Assembly: GCF_011745625.1 (NCBI RefSeq)
Contig: NW_027191461.1
Location: 62,001-126,000 of the forward strand
Direction of reading: 5' to 3'
Origin: Cladosporium halotolerans
Taxonomy: Eukaryota
Length of the DNA stretch: 64,000 nt
In this document: piece after piece, positions 10,419 through 21,974 of the stretch
Position numbering within the stretch: position 1 is the first letter of the stretch
How the letters are laid out: each line of letters starts with the position of its first letter
Notes under the pieces: generated by a model
Seen by the model: only the letters and a program-made list of their open reading frames with translations
Told to the model about the DNA's origin: nothing
Database searches by the model: none
Made by a program: the position numbers and the translations under genes

Positions 10419-12351
10419 TCAACTCTGCACCACACGCTGACGTCTGCTTGTCAGAACCTTGCCCGAGAAACCTGCGATGCTATCGAGCAGATCGTCCAAG
10501 TCCATGTCTTTCACGCTATTTCCCTCGTCTCGGCCCCGGCGTGCTTTGGAGCTTGGCTGTCGAGATACTGCAGGTTTAGGGCGCTGCGGTTTCTCAAATA
10601 GCCAGTCCAGATCTTCATCTGACGCTACCACATGGCGTTTCCGCGCAGTGGGGCTTTTGAGGGCACACGGGCTCTCTCTCGGGGTTGGATCGGGTTTCGG
10701 TTCCGCTTGAGGTTTACCACGGCTTTTGGAGACTCCAGAATTATTGCGTGGCTGATCGCGTACACGAGTCGGGTCTTTTGTAGGTCTTGCCGGGCCGGGC
10801 CGTGTTATGGCATGGAGCTCAGAGGTGTGGGCTGGAACCATATCAGGGCAGACGGATCCCTTGGGCGAAGTGGAAAGTGTATTCTGGATGCGCTTACAAA
10901 GCTCCTCTTGCGGTCGGGAACGGCGGACAATATTAACGTCCGTTTCCGTAAGGGCACCACGGCCTTTCGTGGCTCGCCTGGTGGTCTTGCTTTTCACTGG
11001 CTCCTTGACAATATCACTGCCGGTGGCATTTGCCTCGCTGACAAATGTAGTCGGCTGTTGTAGTAGTTCGTCCTCTTGCGGCTCGCTTGTTGTTGTGTGA
11101 GGATCCATCTTCCTAGCTCGCGAAGAATGTCCATTTGGTTGACTGGCTGCTTTGCGACTTCGCCGCTTAGGCGGTTGCGAGGTTCCCTTCTCCAGCGACT
11201 CATCAACCCTGGGTGAAATAACATCTTCGTGTATCTCTGGCAGAAGCGCTTGGGCAGCCAGGGAGGGCTCTTGCACGGCGGCCTTCTTTCGCCTTGCCGG
11301 CTTGCTTTCGGCTTCTGGTGCACGCCTCAGTTTATCTGTAGGCACAAGATCTGCTTCATACCCCAGTGTGACTTTCTCCGTAGCACTGACAGCCGCTTTC
11401 CTCCTTGGCCTTTTAGATTGTACCGCAGACTCGCTCATTGCATTTTCAACAACATCCGTCTTGACTGCAAGATCTTTCGTTGGCTTTTTCTCCTTTTTAG
11501 TCGTGTCTCTCGACTTCTTAGCTTGAGTTTTCCTCGCAGCCGTTTCGTTGCTTTCCTTTGGCGCATTAACCGATTGCGATTCAGGAGCTTCCGGTTTTCT
11601 TCTCTTCGCTTTCGCAGGTACCGTTTTCGGAGGTGAAGCAGGGGCATCTTCAGAAACGACTTCTGGTATTGTTGATACCGGCTCTCCCTTATCGCAAGCC
11701 CTCTTTCTCGATTTCAGTCCAAAGATGAATGTGTCCTCAGCTGCCTTGATCGGTGCCTGCTTTTTCTCTGCGATGCGCGGCTTTCGAGCCGCTTTGATCT
11801 CGCTCGAATCACTGGTCGGTGCCAATTCTTCCGCAGGAGCATTCGAAATGCTTTTGCCGTCTAGTGTCGTCTCCAGCAGCTTCCGGCATGCTCGTTGGGG
11901 CTTTTTGCATGGTTCCGAGGCCGTCGACGCTGTCAGAGGTTCGTCTTTTTGGCCTCGCAATGGAGACTTTGAGATTTGCTGCGCCCTTGCGATCTGCTTC
12001 CGTTCTTTGACAGCCTCTTCTCTCAGATGTACAAGCTTTGCGTGACCATCGTCCGCCTCTTTGCTCACTCTCCGTCTCTTTGAAGGGGGCTCGATCGTTG
12101 GTTGCGCTGGTGCGATTTGCTCGGCTATGGATGTGGGAAGGGCGAAGGAAAAGCCGAAGTCTGCTGTGATTTCTCGAACACTATTTGGGTCAGTATAAAG
12201 ACTCGAAAGTGCATAGACAAGGCATGCATACCCCGCTCCTCTCTGTCGCATAAGATGTCGCTCGATTCTGGTCTCTGAAATACCGTTAGCCTTGGTACTG
12301 TGGAGAAGAATGTGCCATGATATTACCTCGAGTAGGAGTACCCTGTGACAT
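10419..12351 (-). CDS. basic low-complexity protein (~609 aa) with an N-terminal Ame1/CENP-U-like motif
   Basis: Model: ATG 12351, introns 12326-12275 (gtaata..gctaac..tttcag) and 12231-12181 (gtatgc..ctgac..aatag); exon total 1830 nt, divisible by 3. Spliced N-terminus MSQGTPTRETRIERHLMRQRGAGVREITADFGFSF; Lys/Arg-rich body. The gene is well supported, the function is tentative. Confidence 0.7.
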
Positions 12352-12664
12352 GTTTCCTGTATAGTATACACTCTGCGCTTCATGCGCCACAGGGATGGTG
12401 TTGGAATGCTCTCGTGTGCGGACTGTTTAGAGCTTGTTCGATGCATGTTGACGTCTTTCCTCTTCGAGATACGGTTTTGGAGCTAAGGTTCGGCGCGACG
12501 CGGGGACGGCTGCGGGCGCGGCTGCGTTGCCCCTCCGCCGGCGCTGTTTGTGTACGGAGGACGTTCGTCAGGTCTCAAGCCGACTGAGAGTTGGTGAGCA
12601 CAGCGATACCGACCAACGACAACGGCGCCTATAGCGGCCATCGTACTAAGAGACACCCGTAAAC

Positions 12665-13890
12665 ATGGTATGCGTCTCCCCCTTGCACTCCAAACTATCG
12701 CCATTGCTAACGAGCACCAGTCTACATTCCGCGCCTCCACACTTTCACCTGGATCGGAAACTGGCAGCGTCCGCCAGTCGCCATTCCGCCGCCAGAACTC
12801 GCACGCCGGCCAGAGAGAATCCACGCCTTCGAGCTCGCCTACCAAATCTCCCGCCTCTGGATCAGCGATGCGGATGGGCTCTCTTTCACCTGAGAAGGCT
12901 TCACCTTTCGTCCGCCGACCGAGCCAGATCAACAATCAAGCCTCCGAGCGGCCATCCAGTCCACTCGCGCGACCACCGAGCGGATTCGGCTCTCCTCTCA
13001 GGAACGTAGCAGGCGGAAGACAAGCAAGAGTAGAAAGCAGCAGCGACGCGAGCATGGACAGACTGGAATCCCCACAAGCCTCGCCAACGCGTCGCATCTC
13101 CCCCGTCGAGATCCCCAGCTCGCCCGTCCTCGACTCCCCCTCGCCTCTAGACGGCATGCGCCCGCCGCCCATCCGCGAACCCTCAAACACCGCCCTCAAC
13201 ATCCCCAACCAAGCCAACCTCCGCCCCACCTCCCACCGCACCGTAACCGCCTCCTCCGCCTCCACAATCCGCCAACCAAACTTCACCGCCTCCGCCGCGC
13301 CGCGCCCAACCCCCAACCCCAACACCAGCCTCTCAGCAGGAGCAGGAGCAGGCTACACGACCCTCCCGCCACCCCTCCTGCACGCCCTGCGCTCCAGCTT
13401 CGAAATCCTCGACCCCTCCGCAACCGGCAGCATAACGCCCGCCACCCTCCCCACCACCCTCGAACAAATCGGCCTCCCCGCGCCCCCACCCAGCCAACTC
13501 CCCGCCTACTTCCCACCTCCGCACAGCACCTCCCTCAACCTCGCCACCTACCTCGACACGCTCTCCAGCCCGCTGACGCAACTCTCGGCCCCCGAAGAGC
13601 TCCTCGCCGCCTTCGCGGCCTTCGACACCGACGACAGCGGGCAGATCGACGCGCGCGAGCTGCGCGAAGCCCTGCTCAAAACTGCCCCCGAGCCCGGCGA
13701 GGAGGACTACAGGATCGGGGAGCGCGAGGTGGAGGCTGTGCTGGGGGAGTTTGTGGGCAGGAGGGCGTTTGGCGCCAAGGGGCTGAATGCGAATAAGGGG
13801 AAGGGGGATGTGTTCCGGTATAGGGATTTCATGGCGAATTTGACGGGCGGGGGTGGAGGGGAGGGGATGGAGCAGGGGGTGGGAGCCTGA
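12665..13890 (+). CDS. EF-hand myosin regulatory light chain-like protein with long Ser/Pro-rich N-terminus
   Basis: ATG-only first coding exon 12665-12667, intron 12668-12720 (gtatgc..gctaac..cag). C-terminal EF-hand-type segments LRSSFEILDPSATGSI and EELLAAFAAFDTDDSGQIDARELREAL, ending FRYRDFM. Confidence 0.8.
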
Positions 13891-14503
13891 GTTGGAGGCG
13901 TTATTTCGACGCGAGGGTACATTTCTATTTGATGGGTTTCGGAACACGATGGAAGGGCGTTCAGTGAGGACTGGGAAAGAGAGGGAAGGATGAGCGGGAT
14001 TAATCGAGATGACGAGTCACACGTGAGACCGATGCCTTTAATTCGCACTGTCTGTTTTGTTTAAATACCAGGGTATCTACGCTACGAGAAAAGATCCGAC
14101 AACGCCTTGCACATGCTGGATGTTTTGACTTGGCTGGCCCCGCCAGCACGAGCCCTTGTGTGTGTGCTGTCATATGTGTGAAGAAGTACCGTATGTCCTT
14201 GCCTGCCTGAACTGCGCCTGTACACGGAAAGCCGTCGTGTTTTTTGGTCCCTGCTTTGACCTGGGACTCCATTGGGGACGTAAAGAAGGTAGAGGTGGTA
14301 TGTGTGTGGATGCAAGGAAACGTTGTCAGATTGTGTCGACTGTTCTTTGAAGAGTCGCGAATTGGACGCCGACAGCGCGTCGCGTCGATGTTGTGAAGCC
14401 TCAGAAGGAAGATACGAAAAGCCGTGATGACAGAAGAGAGACATGGAAGAGAGAGAAAAGGTCGATATGAGGAGGGTGGCGTGCAGGCTTCCGCGCCAGA
14501 AGT

Positions 14504-16350
14504 TTAGTAGACGCCGATCTCAGCGACTCGCACGCGCTCACGTAGACCCGCCACACCGCCAGACTCCAAGGTCTTTCGGCAGCGAGTGCACATTCTCAAG
14601 GCACACCAGCTGCAACTCCAGAACTGGCCTTCGTCGTCGGCATGGCAGACAGCGCATTCCACTTGGGCGTACTTGTTGCGTGAAGGTAACAAACGCGTGT
14701 GCGAGCGGTAGCACTTGATCTGTGTGAACGAAAGCGGGGGAGCGTAGGCGAAGCCGGAAGACTTGAATTGGTGGCCCAAATTGCGGTTCGTTGTGTCAAT
14801 GTTCAAGTCCAGGTCCGCTTCGGTGGCTGGTTGGGGAAGCGCGGTGTGAGATATTGAGGAGTATGGGTGTATGGTGGAGGCGGTGGCAGAGGTTGGGAGG
14901 TTGATGAACGGGGGTGTTGCGCTGGTGTAGGCTGATGTTGATGTGACGACGGTGTTGGCGGACGTGCTGTTGTCGGTTGCGTTGCGCGACTGAGCTCGAG
15001 ATTCGGCGCGGCGGCGTGCGGTGCTGAGGCCGTTGAGAAAGGATGAGGCGGATTGCAGTGTTCGGGCTTCCTACAGGTAAATGCATTAGACGGTGTTCAG
15101 GCGCACATCGGCGAAGTGAGACATACATTGAAGATAGCAAAACCACTGCTGCGTCTTCGTGCTCTCGAGACTTCAACGTCTGGCGCCGGCGGTGGGGTGG
15201 CGTCGTCCGGAGTGTCCATGCGGTCTTTGAGGCCATACTTGTGTGGACTATCTTCTGGGATAGGCGAAGGTGCAGGCAAGGTGGGAGACAACGCGGACAC
15301 GCGTAGGTGCATCGGCGATTCTTCATCTTCCACAGAGCCTTCGGCTTGAGTGTTATTTGGCTGGTCGGTTATAGTGTCACTGGCGCTAAGTGGCCTAGAC
15401 GCCCTCTCCTCAGTTAAAGTGGCTGTGGGCGATTCGCGAGGCATCGGCATCGAAGGTGACGGCGCCGAATGGCGATGTGCATGCCTCGCTCTACTGCGCT
15501 CTTGCTCATCTTCGGTGATTTGATAGTCGTCGTCGTCGGCCGTGCCATCAAGGTTGGGCGCCGTGGCTGCCCTCGGAACTTCAATGACAGTCCCGGTCAG
15601 TTCAGCATGCAGAGGGGATTTGCCATCCAATCGCTTGAAAACGTTCATCGAGCTGCGGCGCGGCATCCGTGCAGTCTTCGTGCGCGATGCTCTCAGCACG
15701 CTCTGGGTCGAGTTGGCGTCTGAGTCGTCAATGGCGCCATTCTCCACAGAGATGTGGTGCGAATGCTGGTTGCCCATGCTGATTTCACTGTTCGAACGGT
15801 CGTTGAGGTGCAATGCTGGTGTTCTGCGATGGCGCGGTCGGCCTCGTTCTGGCGAGAGCGATGCGGGCGTGGAGACCACGACCTGCGATAATTCCTGGTT
15901 AGGGTCTGTCCCACGAATTGCCTGCTTCAGTTCATAGGCGGGTAGGGAGGAGGCGCCGTTGGTTCCGTCGACGGACAGATTAGCAGGGCGATGCGAACGG
16001 GAGAGCAGAGAACGTGGTTCGCGTGCTGGTGTTGAGGTATGCGAGGGAGTAGCAGGCGGCGAGTGTTTGTGCTCAGGCACGTGGGAAGCGGGTTGCTGCT
16101 GCGTGTTCGTTTGTACTCCGGGCGTTCCTGCTTCGACATCAATCCGGGAAGCGCTCGTCGTCGGACATGCCGTCTCATTTTGGAACCAATCGTCCTCGTC
16201 TGGTCCGGTGGTTGTTGGTTGGCTGGATTGAGATTCCTCGTTGGTAGATTGCAGCGGACGTTTGCGCTGGTCGTGCGGGAAGTCTTCTCTACACGGCGAA
16301 AGCGAGTCTGTCGGTGAGCTCGACCGCTGGTAGTGGGCCGTGGCTGCCAT
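14504..16350 (-). CDS. hypothetical protein with C-terminal Cys/His-rich putative zinc-binding domain
   Basis: Intron 15126-15071 (gtatgt..ctaat..gtag) joins ORF 15097-16449 in frame to the ORF ending at 14504. C-terminus CYRSH..CAVCH..CSWCALRMCTRC. Start uncertain (16350 or 16410). Confidence 0.75.
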
Positions 16351-17369
16351 GACGGACAAGATGTCCAGCCGCGCCGACTGAGGGCGGAACTTGCGTGAAG
16401 CAGGCGCCATTGGCGAGGTGACTTTGTCCTTTCGACTGTTCGATATCAAAAGAGGGCAGCATAGGGAAGGGAGGCGAGGTAAGGCACAGTCTCAGGTGTT
16501 TAGCTGGGTACTCCACCTCAAACAGCAAGCGAGGGCAGGCCCGAAACATATAGCAAAGTACCTACCTGCTGACCGCATCGACGTACGGCGAACAGACCAT
16601 GCGGCCACGACATACACGCCCCGCGCACGCCGCCTCGATCCGGAGAGTCGGGTGCCATCACGATGGCATCGCATCGACTGACCGATGCGCACAGCAACAA
16701 CCGGGCGGCCGAGTGCGCAATCAGACGACGGGCGGTCTTACGGCGCCTGGCCGAGCTGCTGCCGCCTGCACTGCGTCCTCTGCCGCCGCGCGCGATGCAG
16801 AGACTGCAGGTCAACGGCGCACGAACGGGCAAAGTGCATGGACACACCCGGTTGGAGGGCATGGATAGCACAGAGGGCTGGCCGGGCGAGGATGGCAGTA
16901 GACGGCAGTGGATGGCTCGCGTGCGGTAGCACCAGGCCAAGCTTCTTCCACGCCGGGGTCTGGCACCTTCCTGTAACACGCCCAATTTCGCCCAGCAGCC
17001 TATGCCTGACGCACTGTGCGGCGCATGCCGTCGGGAGGCGTGCTCATCTAATCGACGCGCGCCCTCACGGAAGCACCGAAATATGGGCGGCCATGCAAAC
17101 GAGAAAGACATCGGCGGTTGCCTCTGCTGTACGAGGACCGCGCTTTAACACCGATGGACAGCGGCGGACGTGCCCTCGGTGCATCTCACAGATCTGCGCA
17201 GGCGATGCAGGAACGCGATCACCGTTGGCCGCGCGCCAATCAGCGCCCGCTGATCCGCCAGCTCAGCACTCGGTGACGACATTTTGCTTTGGCCAGGCCT
17301 TTGCCATCTTACATCCTCCGTCCAGCACGAGGACGATGCCATCTCCGACAGATAGACAGCGTGCCGGGC

Positions 17370-18548
17370 ATGCCTTTGATGCGCATTCCCTACACCGCGC
17401 CTCTTCCACCGCCTTCATACATCCCAGCATCAGCAGCTAGCACCGAAGGCGCACTTCACGCGCTGCAGTCTTTCCTCACCTCCACCAAACATGGCCAGAG
17501 GGGCAACGGGCGAACACTCCTCCTCACCGGCGCCGGTATAAGCGTTGCTAGTGGCCTCGCCGACTACCGCGGCAGCAATGGCACATACACCTTGAACAAG
17601 ACATACCGTCCGATCTACTACCACGAGTTCTGCGCCAGCCATGAGGCGAGGAAGCGGTACTGGGCCCGCAGCTTTCTGGGCTGGACGAATCTGAACCGCA
17701 GCAAGCCCAACCCTGCCCACAACGCCGTCGCTGGTCTCGGAGATCTCGGCCTTCTATCCAGCGTCATCACGCAGAATGTCGACTCGTTCCACCCTCGAGC
17801 ACATCCCGATCTGCGCACCCTGGAGCTACACGGCTACCTCCGCAGTACAGTCTGCATCTCATGTCGGACTGAATACGACCGAGCGAAGTTCCAGGCAGAC
17901 CTCGCCTCTCTGAACCCCGCATGGGCCGATTTCCTCGCCGAAATGCTGGATTCGGGAGCGCTCACTACGGAGAACCCGGAAGAGAGGAGGAAGAGAGGGC
18001 TGAGGACAAACCCAGATGGTGACGTGGACGTGCCCGGGGTGGAGTACAGCTCTTTCCGCTACCCGGCGTGCCCGGTATGTCTGAATAAACCTCCAGAGGG
18101 CAAGACGGTGGACGTGGACAAGGATGGTGCTTGGGTTGCCAAATCCCCTGCTACGGCCGGCGTGCTAAAGCCGGCGGTCATTATGTTTGGAGAATCGATA
18201 CCTAATCCCGTGAAACTGGCTGTTGAGAATGCCGTCGACGAAGCCAGCCGTGTTCTTATCTTGGGGTCTTCCCTCGCGACGTACTCTGCATGGAGGCTGG
18301 CGAAGAGGGCCAAAGAGCAAGGGAAACCCATCGGCATTGCGAACATGGGAGGGGTCAGAGGCGAGAAGCAATTCTTTGCCGACCTGGTAAACAGCGGAGA
18401 CGGAAGCGAGGGAGTGAGATGTGCGGAGACTCTCGAGACATTCCTGCCGCAGTTGGTGGACAGAATACGACAAACTGGCTTCACTCCCTCGCCAATAATC
18501 GAACGCGTTATGAGGAATCCAAACTTCCAGCCTGCGCCTTGGGCCTAG
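17370..18548 (+). CDS. NAD-dependent sirtuin, class II (SIRT4-like)
   Basis: TGAGISVASGLADYRG, YWARSFLGW, ITQNVDSFH, ELHGYL, CxxC...PDGD...CxxC, LKPAVIMFGE, GSSL motifs. Confidence 0.92.
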   Translation: MPLMRIPYTAPLPPPSYIPASAASTEGALHALQSFLTSTKHGQRGNGRTLLLTGAGISVASGLADYRGSNGTYTLNKTYRPIYYHEFCASHEARKRYWARSFLGWTNLNRSKPNPAHNAVAGLGDLGLLSSVITQNVDSFHPRAHPDLRTLELHGYLRSTVCISCRTEYDRAKFQADLASLNPAWADFLAEMLDSGALTTENPEERRKRGLRTNPDGDVDVPGVEYSSFRYPACPVCLNKPPEGKTVDVDKDGAWVAKSPATAGVLKPAVIMFGESIPNPVKLAVENAVDEASRVLILGSSLATYSAWRLAKRAKEQGKPIGIANMGGVRGEKQFFADLVNSGDGSEGVRCAETLETFLPQLVDRIRQTGFTPSPIIERVMRNPNFQPAPWA

Positions 18549-19812
18549 AGATTCGTCACCAACATTGCTTCAGGCTGGCAGAGATGTATCCTCTGGGCAG
18601 TGCTGACAGCTGGTAGCATTTGCCTGTCAACTCATGCCGCTTTTTGGCGCAGCTGGATCTATTAACAACGGCATTATCACTTGCGGAGCTGGAGAGGGCT
18701 CCATGAGCTTACAGATCGAAGGAAGCGAAGCTCGTGTCATGCTCCAGCCAGCCCAGATGCCTTGGAACAATGGGACACTGGCGACGAAGGAAGACAACTG
18801 TGTCAGCGCCGCTTGCGATCAGCTAAGGCGTCCGTCCAAGCATCGGCTCAGCCATGAAGTCGAAGCACAAGCAACGAATATTCACACACCCTCACCCCGT
18901 CAATGACCCGGCTGCTAACATGTGACCTTCGCAAAGGCATGCCTACACGGGCTTGAGGCTTCGGAAAATAAGTCAATTTAGCAGATAAACTTTGATGCAT
19001 TATGATCGCTCGAATTCTTACTGCTCGGCTCCACGATCGTGAATAGAACAACGCCAGTCTACATTCATCCGAGCCTTCAGTGGCGACTTGCTCCGCGACC
19101 GCTAGAGTAGTAGTGGTGTAGAGGCATCCCACGGTCGCATTCTCCAAAGCCCAGCGAGTGCCTCCCGAGCAGCCGCGGCTCCGGACGGCGCGGTGCGAAG
19201 GACTAAATTTAGAAGTCCCCGCAAACCGGCGAAGCCCTAAAGAGCGTGTGTTCGGCACGCGGGCATCTCGTGTGTCTCTGCCTTACTTGAAGGAGCTAAA
19301 CACGTCGTATTCCTTTGAACCATAATGTGTCTAGCGAACGTCCTTACATCATTAGCCAGGGACAGTGTGCAACGCCAATGCAACGACGGGCAGCGCCCAT
19401 GGATAGTGAAGGCCCGCGCCTGACTGCGATACGAGACACTACGACAGTGGATGCAACTTTCGATCCTGAGTAGGTAAGGCATACCACTAGGGCCCTAAGT
19501 ATAGCCATTCGGAGCTTTTACGATGCGCGTGATCTGCGTGGAGAGCTGGAGACGACATGGCCATGGAATGCGATCTAGCGGCAGCGTACGGCGCCGAACA
19601 CGACGGGCACAAGCAAGGGTTCACCGACGCGACCATGATGTCTGCGGTGAAGGCAGGTAGGTGTATAAAGTGAACGAGTGAGCCCGTCAGGACATGTCTT
19701 TCTCTCCCATCATCCAACAGCTTCACGTCCTCACAACAACTTCATACCATCAACCCAACAACCCACCTCCAATTCTCAAAACCAACCAACCCAACAACCC
19801 ACCATCACCAAA

Positions 19813-20322
19813 ATGCACTTCTCCACCCTCACCCTCGCCGGCCTCGCCGCCTCCGCCTCCGCCGCGACCTTCTACGTCGACAACAAGTGCACCTTCCCCC
19901 TCTACCTCCAATCCAAGCACGACGCCTCCAGCACCGGCGTCATCACCCTCCCGGCCGGCAAGACCAACGCCTTCAACACCTACATTCCCGGCGCGGACGT
20001 CAAGCAGAGCAGCATCACCGTCTCGCGCCAGCCCGACCTCAGCAGCCCGCTGCAGGCCGTCTACAACACCGGCTCCAACCCGGACCGCACCTACTACGAC
20101 CTCAGCACCATCTTCGGCGACCCCCTCAAGGCCGAGGGCTTTGAGCTGCTCGCTGGCTCTGCCAGCAATGGCTACTCGGTCTCGTGCAAGCCGCGCCAGT
20201 CTGGTGACTGCCCGAACACGTACAGCCCGAGCAACCCGAGCGGCAAGAATGCCGTTTTCAACCAGGGCACCAACGCGAACTTGATTCTGCAGCTTTGCAG
20301 CTCGAACGGCAACTCTTCTTAG
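19813..20322 (+). CDS. small secreted Bys1/thaumatin-like protein (169 aa, 4 Cys)
   Basis: Signal peptide MHFSTLTLAGLAASASA; VDNKCTFPLYL; YYDLSTIFGDP; C-terminal LILQLC; strong C-ending codon bias; TATAAA at ~19665. Confidence 0.8.
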   Translation: MHFSTLTLAGLAASASAATFYVDNKCTFPLYLQSKHDASSTGVITLPAGKTNAFNTYIPGADVKQSSITVSRQPDLSSPLQAVYNTGSNPDRTYYDLSTIFGDPLKAEGFELLAGSASNGYSVSCKPRQSGDCPNTYSPSNPSGKNAVFNQGTNANLILQLCSSNGNSS

Positions 20323-20550
20323 GCGGTCGAGATGAACGAGCTGAGGTGGCGGAGAATGGCGGGTCGATCGACGAGCGAGGTGGAAGTGGTTGGCTAGACG
20401 CACGCATTGCATTGCATTGCATTGTCCTCATGAGTTACGCAGATACATAATCTAATCCATTCTTTCACGCATCACACCGTCTTCCGCATCCTGACCAGTT
20501 ATCCATTGACAATCCCAAGCGAATTCTCGCGCTCATTCACCATCCCAAAC

Positions 20551-21212
20551 TCACGCCCCCGACGACGCCCCCATCGCCGTCTTCACACCCTCCCTTAACT
20601 CCCTCTCGACCTTCTCCTCCGGCTCATCCTCAAACGCCGCCGCCACAATCGCGTAGAACAACGGACTCAGCACGACGAACATGACAAACGCAAACGCCGC
20701 AAGCCCCACGCGCTCGTGGACCAGACTCCACACAAGCAGCGGCATCGCCGCCCCTTCGCCGCCGCACACTCCGGCTACGAACAAGCCTGCCCCGCGCGTC
20801 AGCCAGCGCACACGATTCGACGGTTCCTCTGCGCAGCTCAGAAACGGGAGCGGCACTCACGAGCCTTCAGCGTCGACGCCTTCTCGCGCCGCTCCGCCGC
20901 CTCCCCCTCGTAGATCCGCAGCTTGACGTCCCGGCACACGGCCCAGCCGTCTTCGCGCCCGAAGATCTCGAGGTACATGGCGGCTGGGTAGGCGCGCAGC
21001 TCGCGGCCTTGCCCGATCGTCCAGCGGGCTGCGATGTGTTGGGCGTGGGAGGCGGGGAGGGAGCGGTTGGTGGTTAGGAGGGAGGCGATGTAGGCGCGGA
21101 CGGAGGCGGGGGAGGCCGAGGGGGAGGGTTGGGAGAGGGTGGGGGAGGGGGGAGTGTAGATGGGGGTTTCTTCTTCGGTTTTGTCTGGGGGTGGGGTTGG
21201 GGAGGGGGACAT
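20551..21212 (-). CDS. hypothetical protein (~195 aa) with two C-terminal hydrophobic segments
   Basis: Intron 20860-20787 (gtgagt..gctgac..gcag) joins ORFs 20838-21263 and 20551-20856 in frame; globular core VRAYIASLL..AARWTIGQGRELR. Confidence 0.7.
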
Positions 21213-21974
21213 TGTGGTTGGTTTGGGGTGGGTGAGAGGGGGATTGAAGAGGGTAACGTTCAAACTGTTCAGATTTCGTGAAGATCTCTGGTGGATATGC
21301 TCTGGAAACGAATGCCTTTGTGTGGCTGTGAGAGTCGGGTACAGTGGTTCAGTGGACCTACGACGTTTAGGCCTGATGCTGAAGGATTCGCTAGTTCGAG
21401 GCGGAGGGCGGATTTGACGGCATGTCGAGGGGTTGCACCGAAGGGTTCGAGACGTTTATATGTGACAGGTCCCGTGTTTCTCACGTGGATAGAGGAGCGC
21501 AGTAAGATTCCCCTCATACAGACCGCTACGAGATTCAAATTGAAGTCCCATCCCTTGTGTCGTCCTGCGTTCACCATGCCGTGCGATGTGGTTGCCGTGT
21601 GTCTTCGCTCAACACCTCCGCGAGGCAGCGTAATTGCATAGACCTCGAAAGCCGCAGTGGCTGAAGTCTTTCCAGAGATAATATCACACTATCAGCCTCG
21701 GTATCGGCGTGCAGCGAATGGCGACAAAACAATGATGCTTATTTAACCGCCGAGTAAACTTACCCTCCTTTGTCAGCACGCACGCGGGAGTGGAGACGCC
21801 CCGACACCCGACTCGCGGATTGCGCCTCTTCGTTGACTGCCGAGAAGCCCGAGCAAAGAGACGGCACGCTACGCCTGCGATACCCTTTCGCATGTCTGCT
21901 GGGTAGACTGGCTTTGTTCAAAATGGCTTCTTTACCACCTTCACGAATTTGCGACATCGATAGACAGAGCGTAT

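Noticed and set aside
19694..20412. Alternative-frame and antisense ORFs over the Bys1-like gene
   Set aside because: Shadows of strong C-ending codon usage.
21330..21460. GTTCGA (T-loop-like) motifs suggesting a tRNA
   Set aside because: No acceptor stem or cloverleaf could be built.
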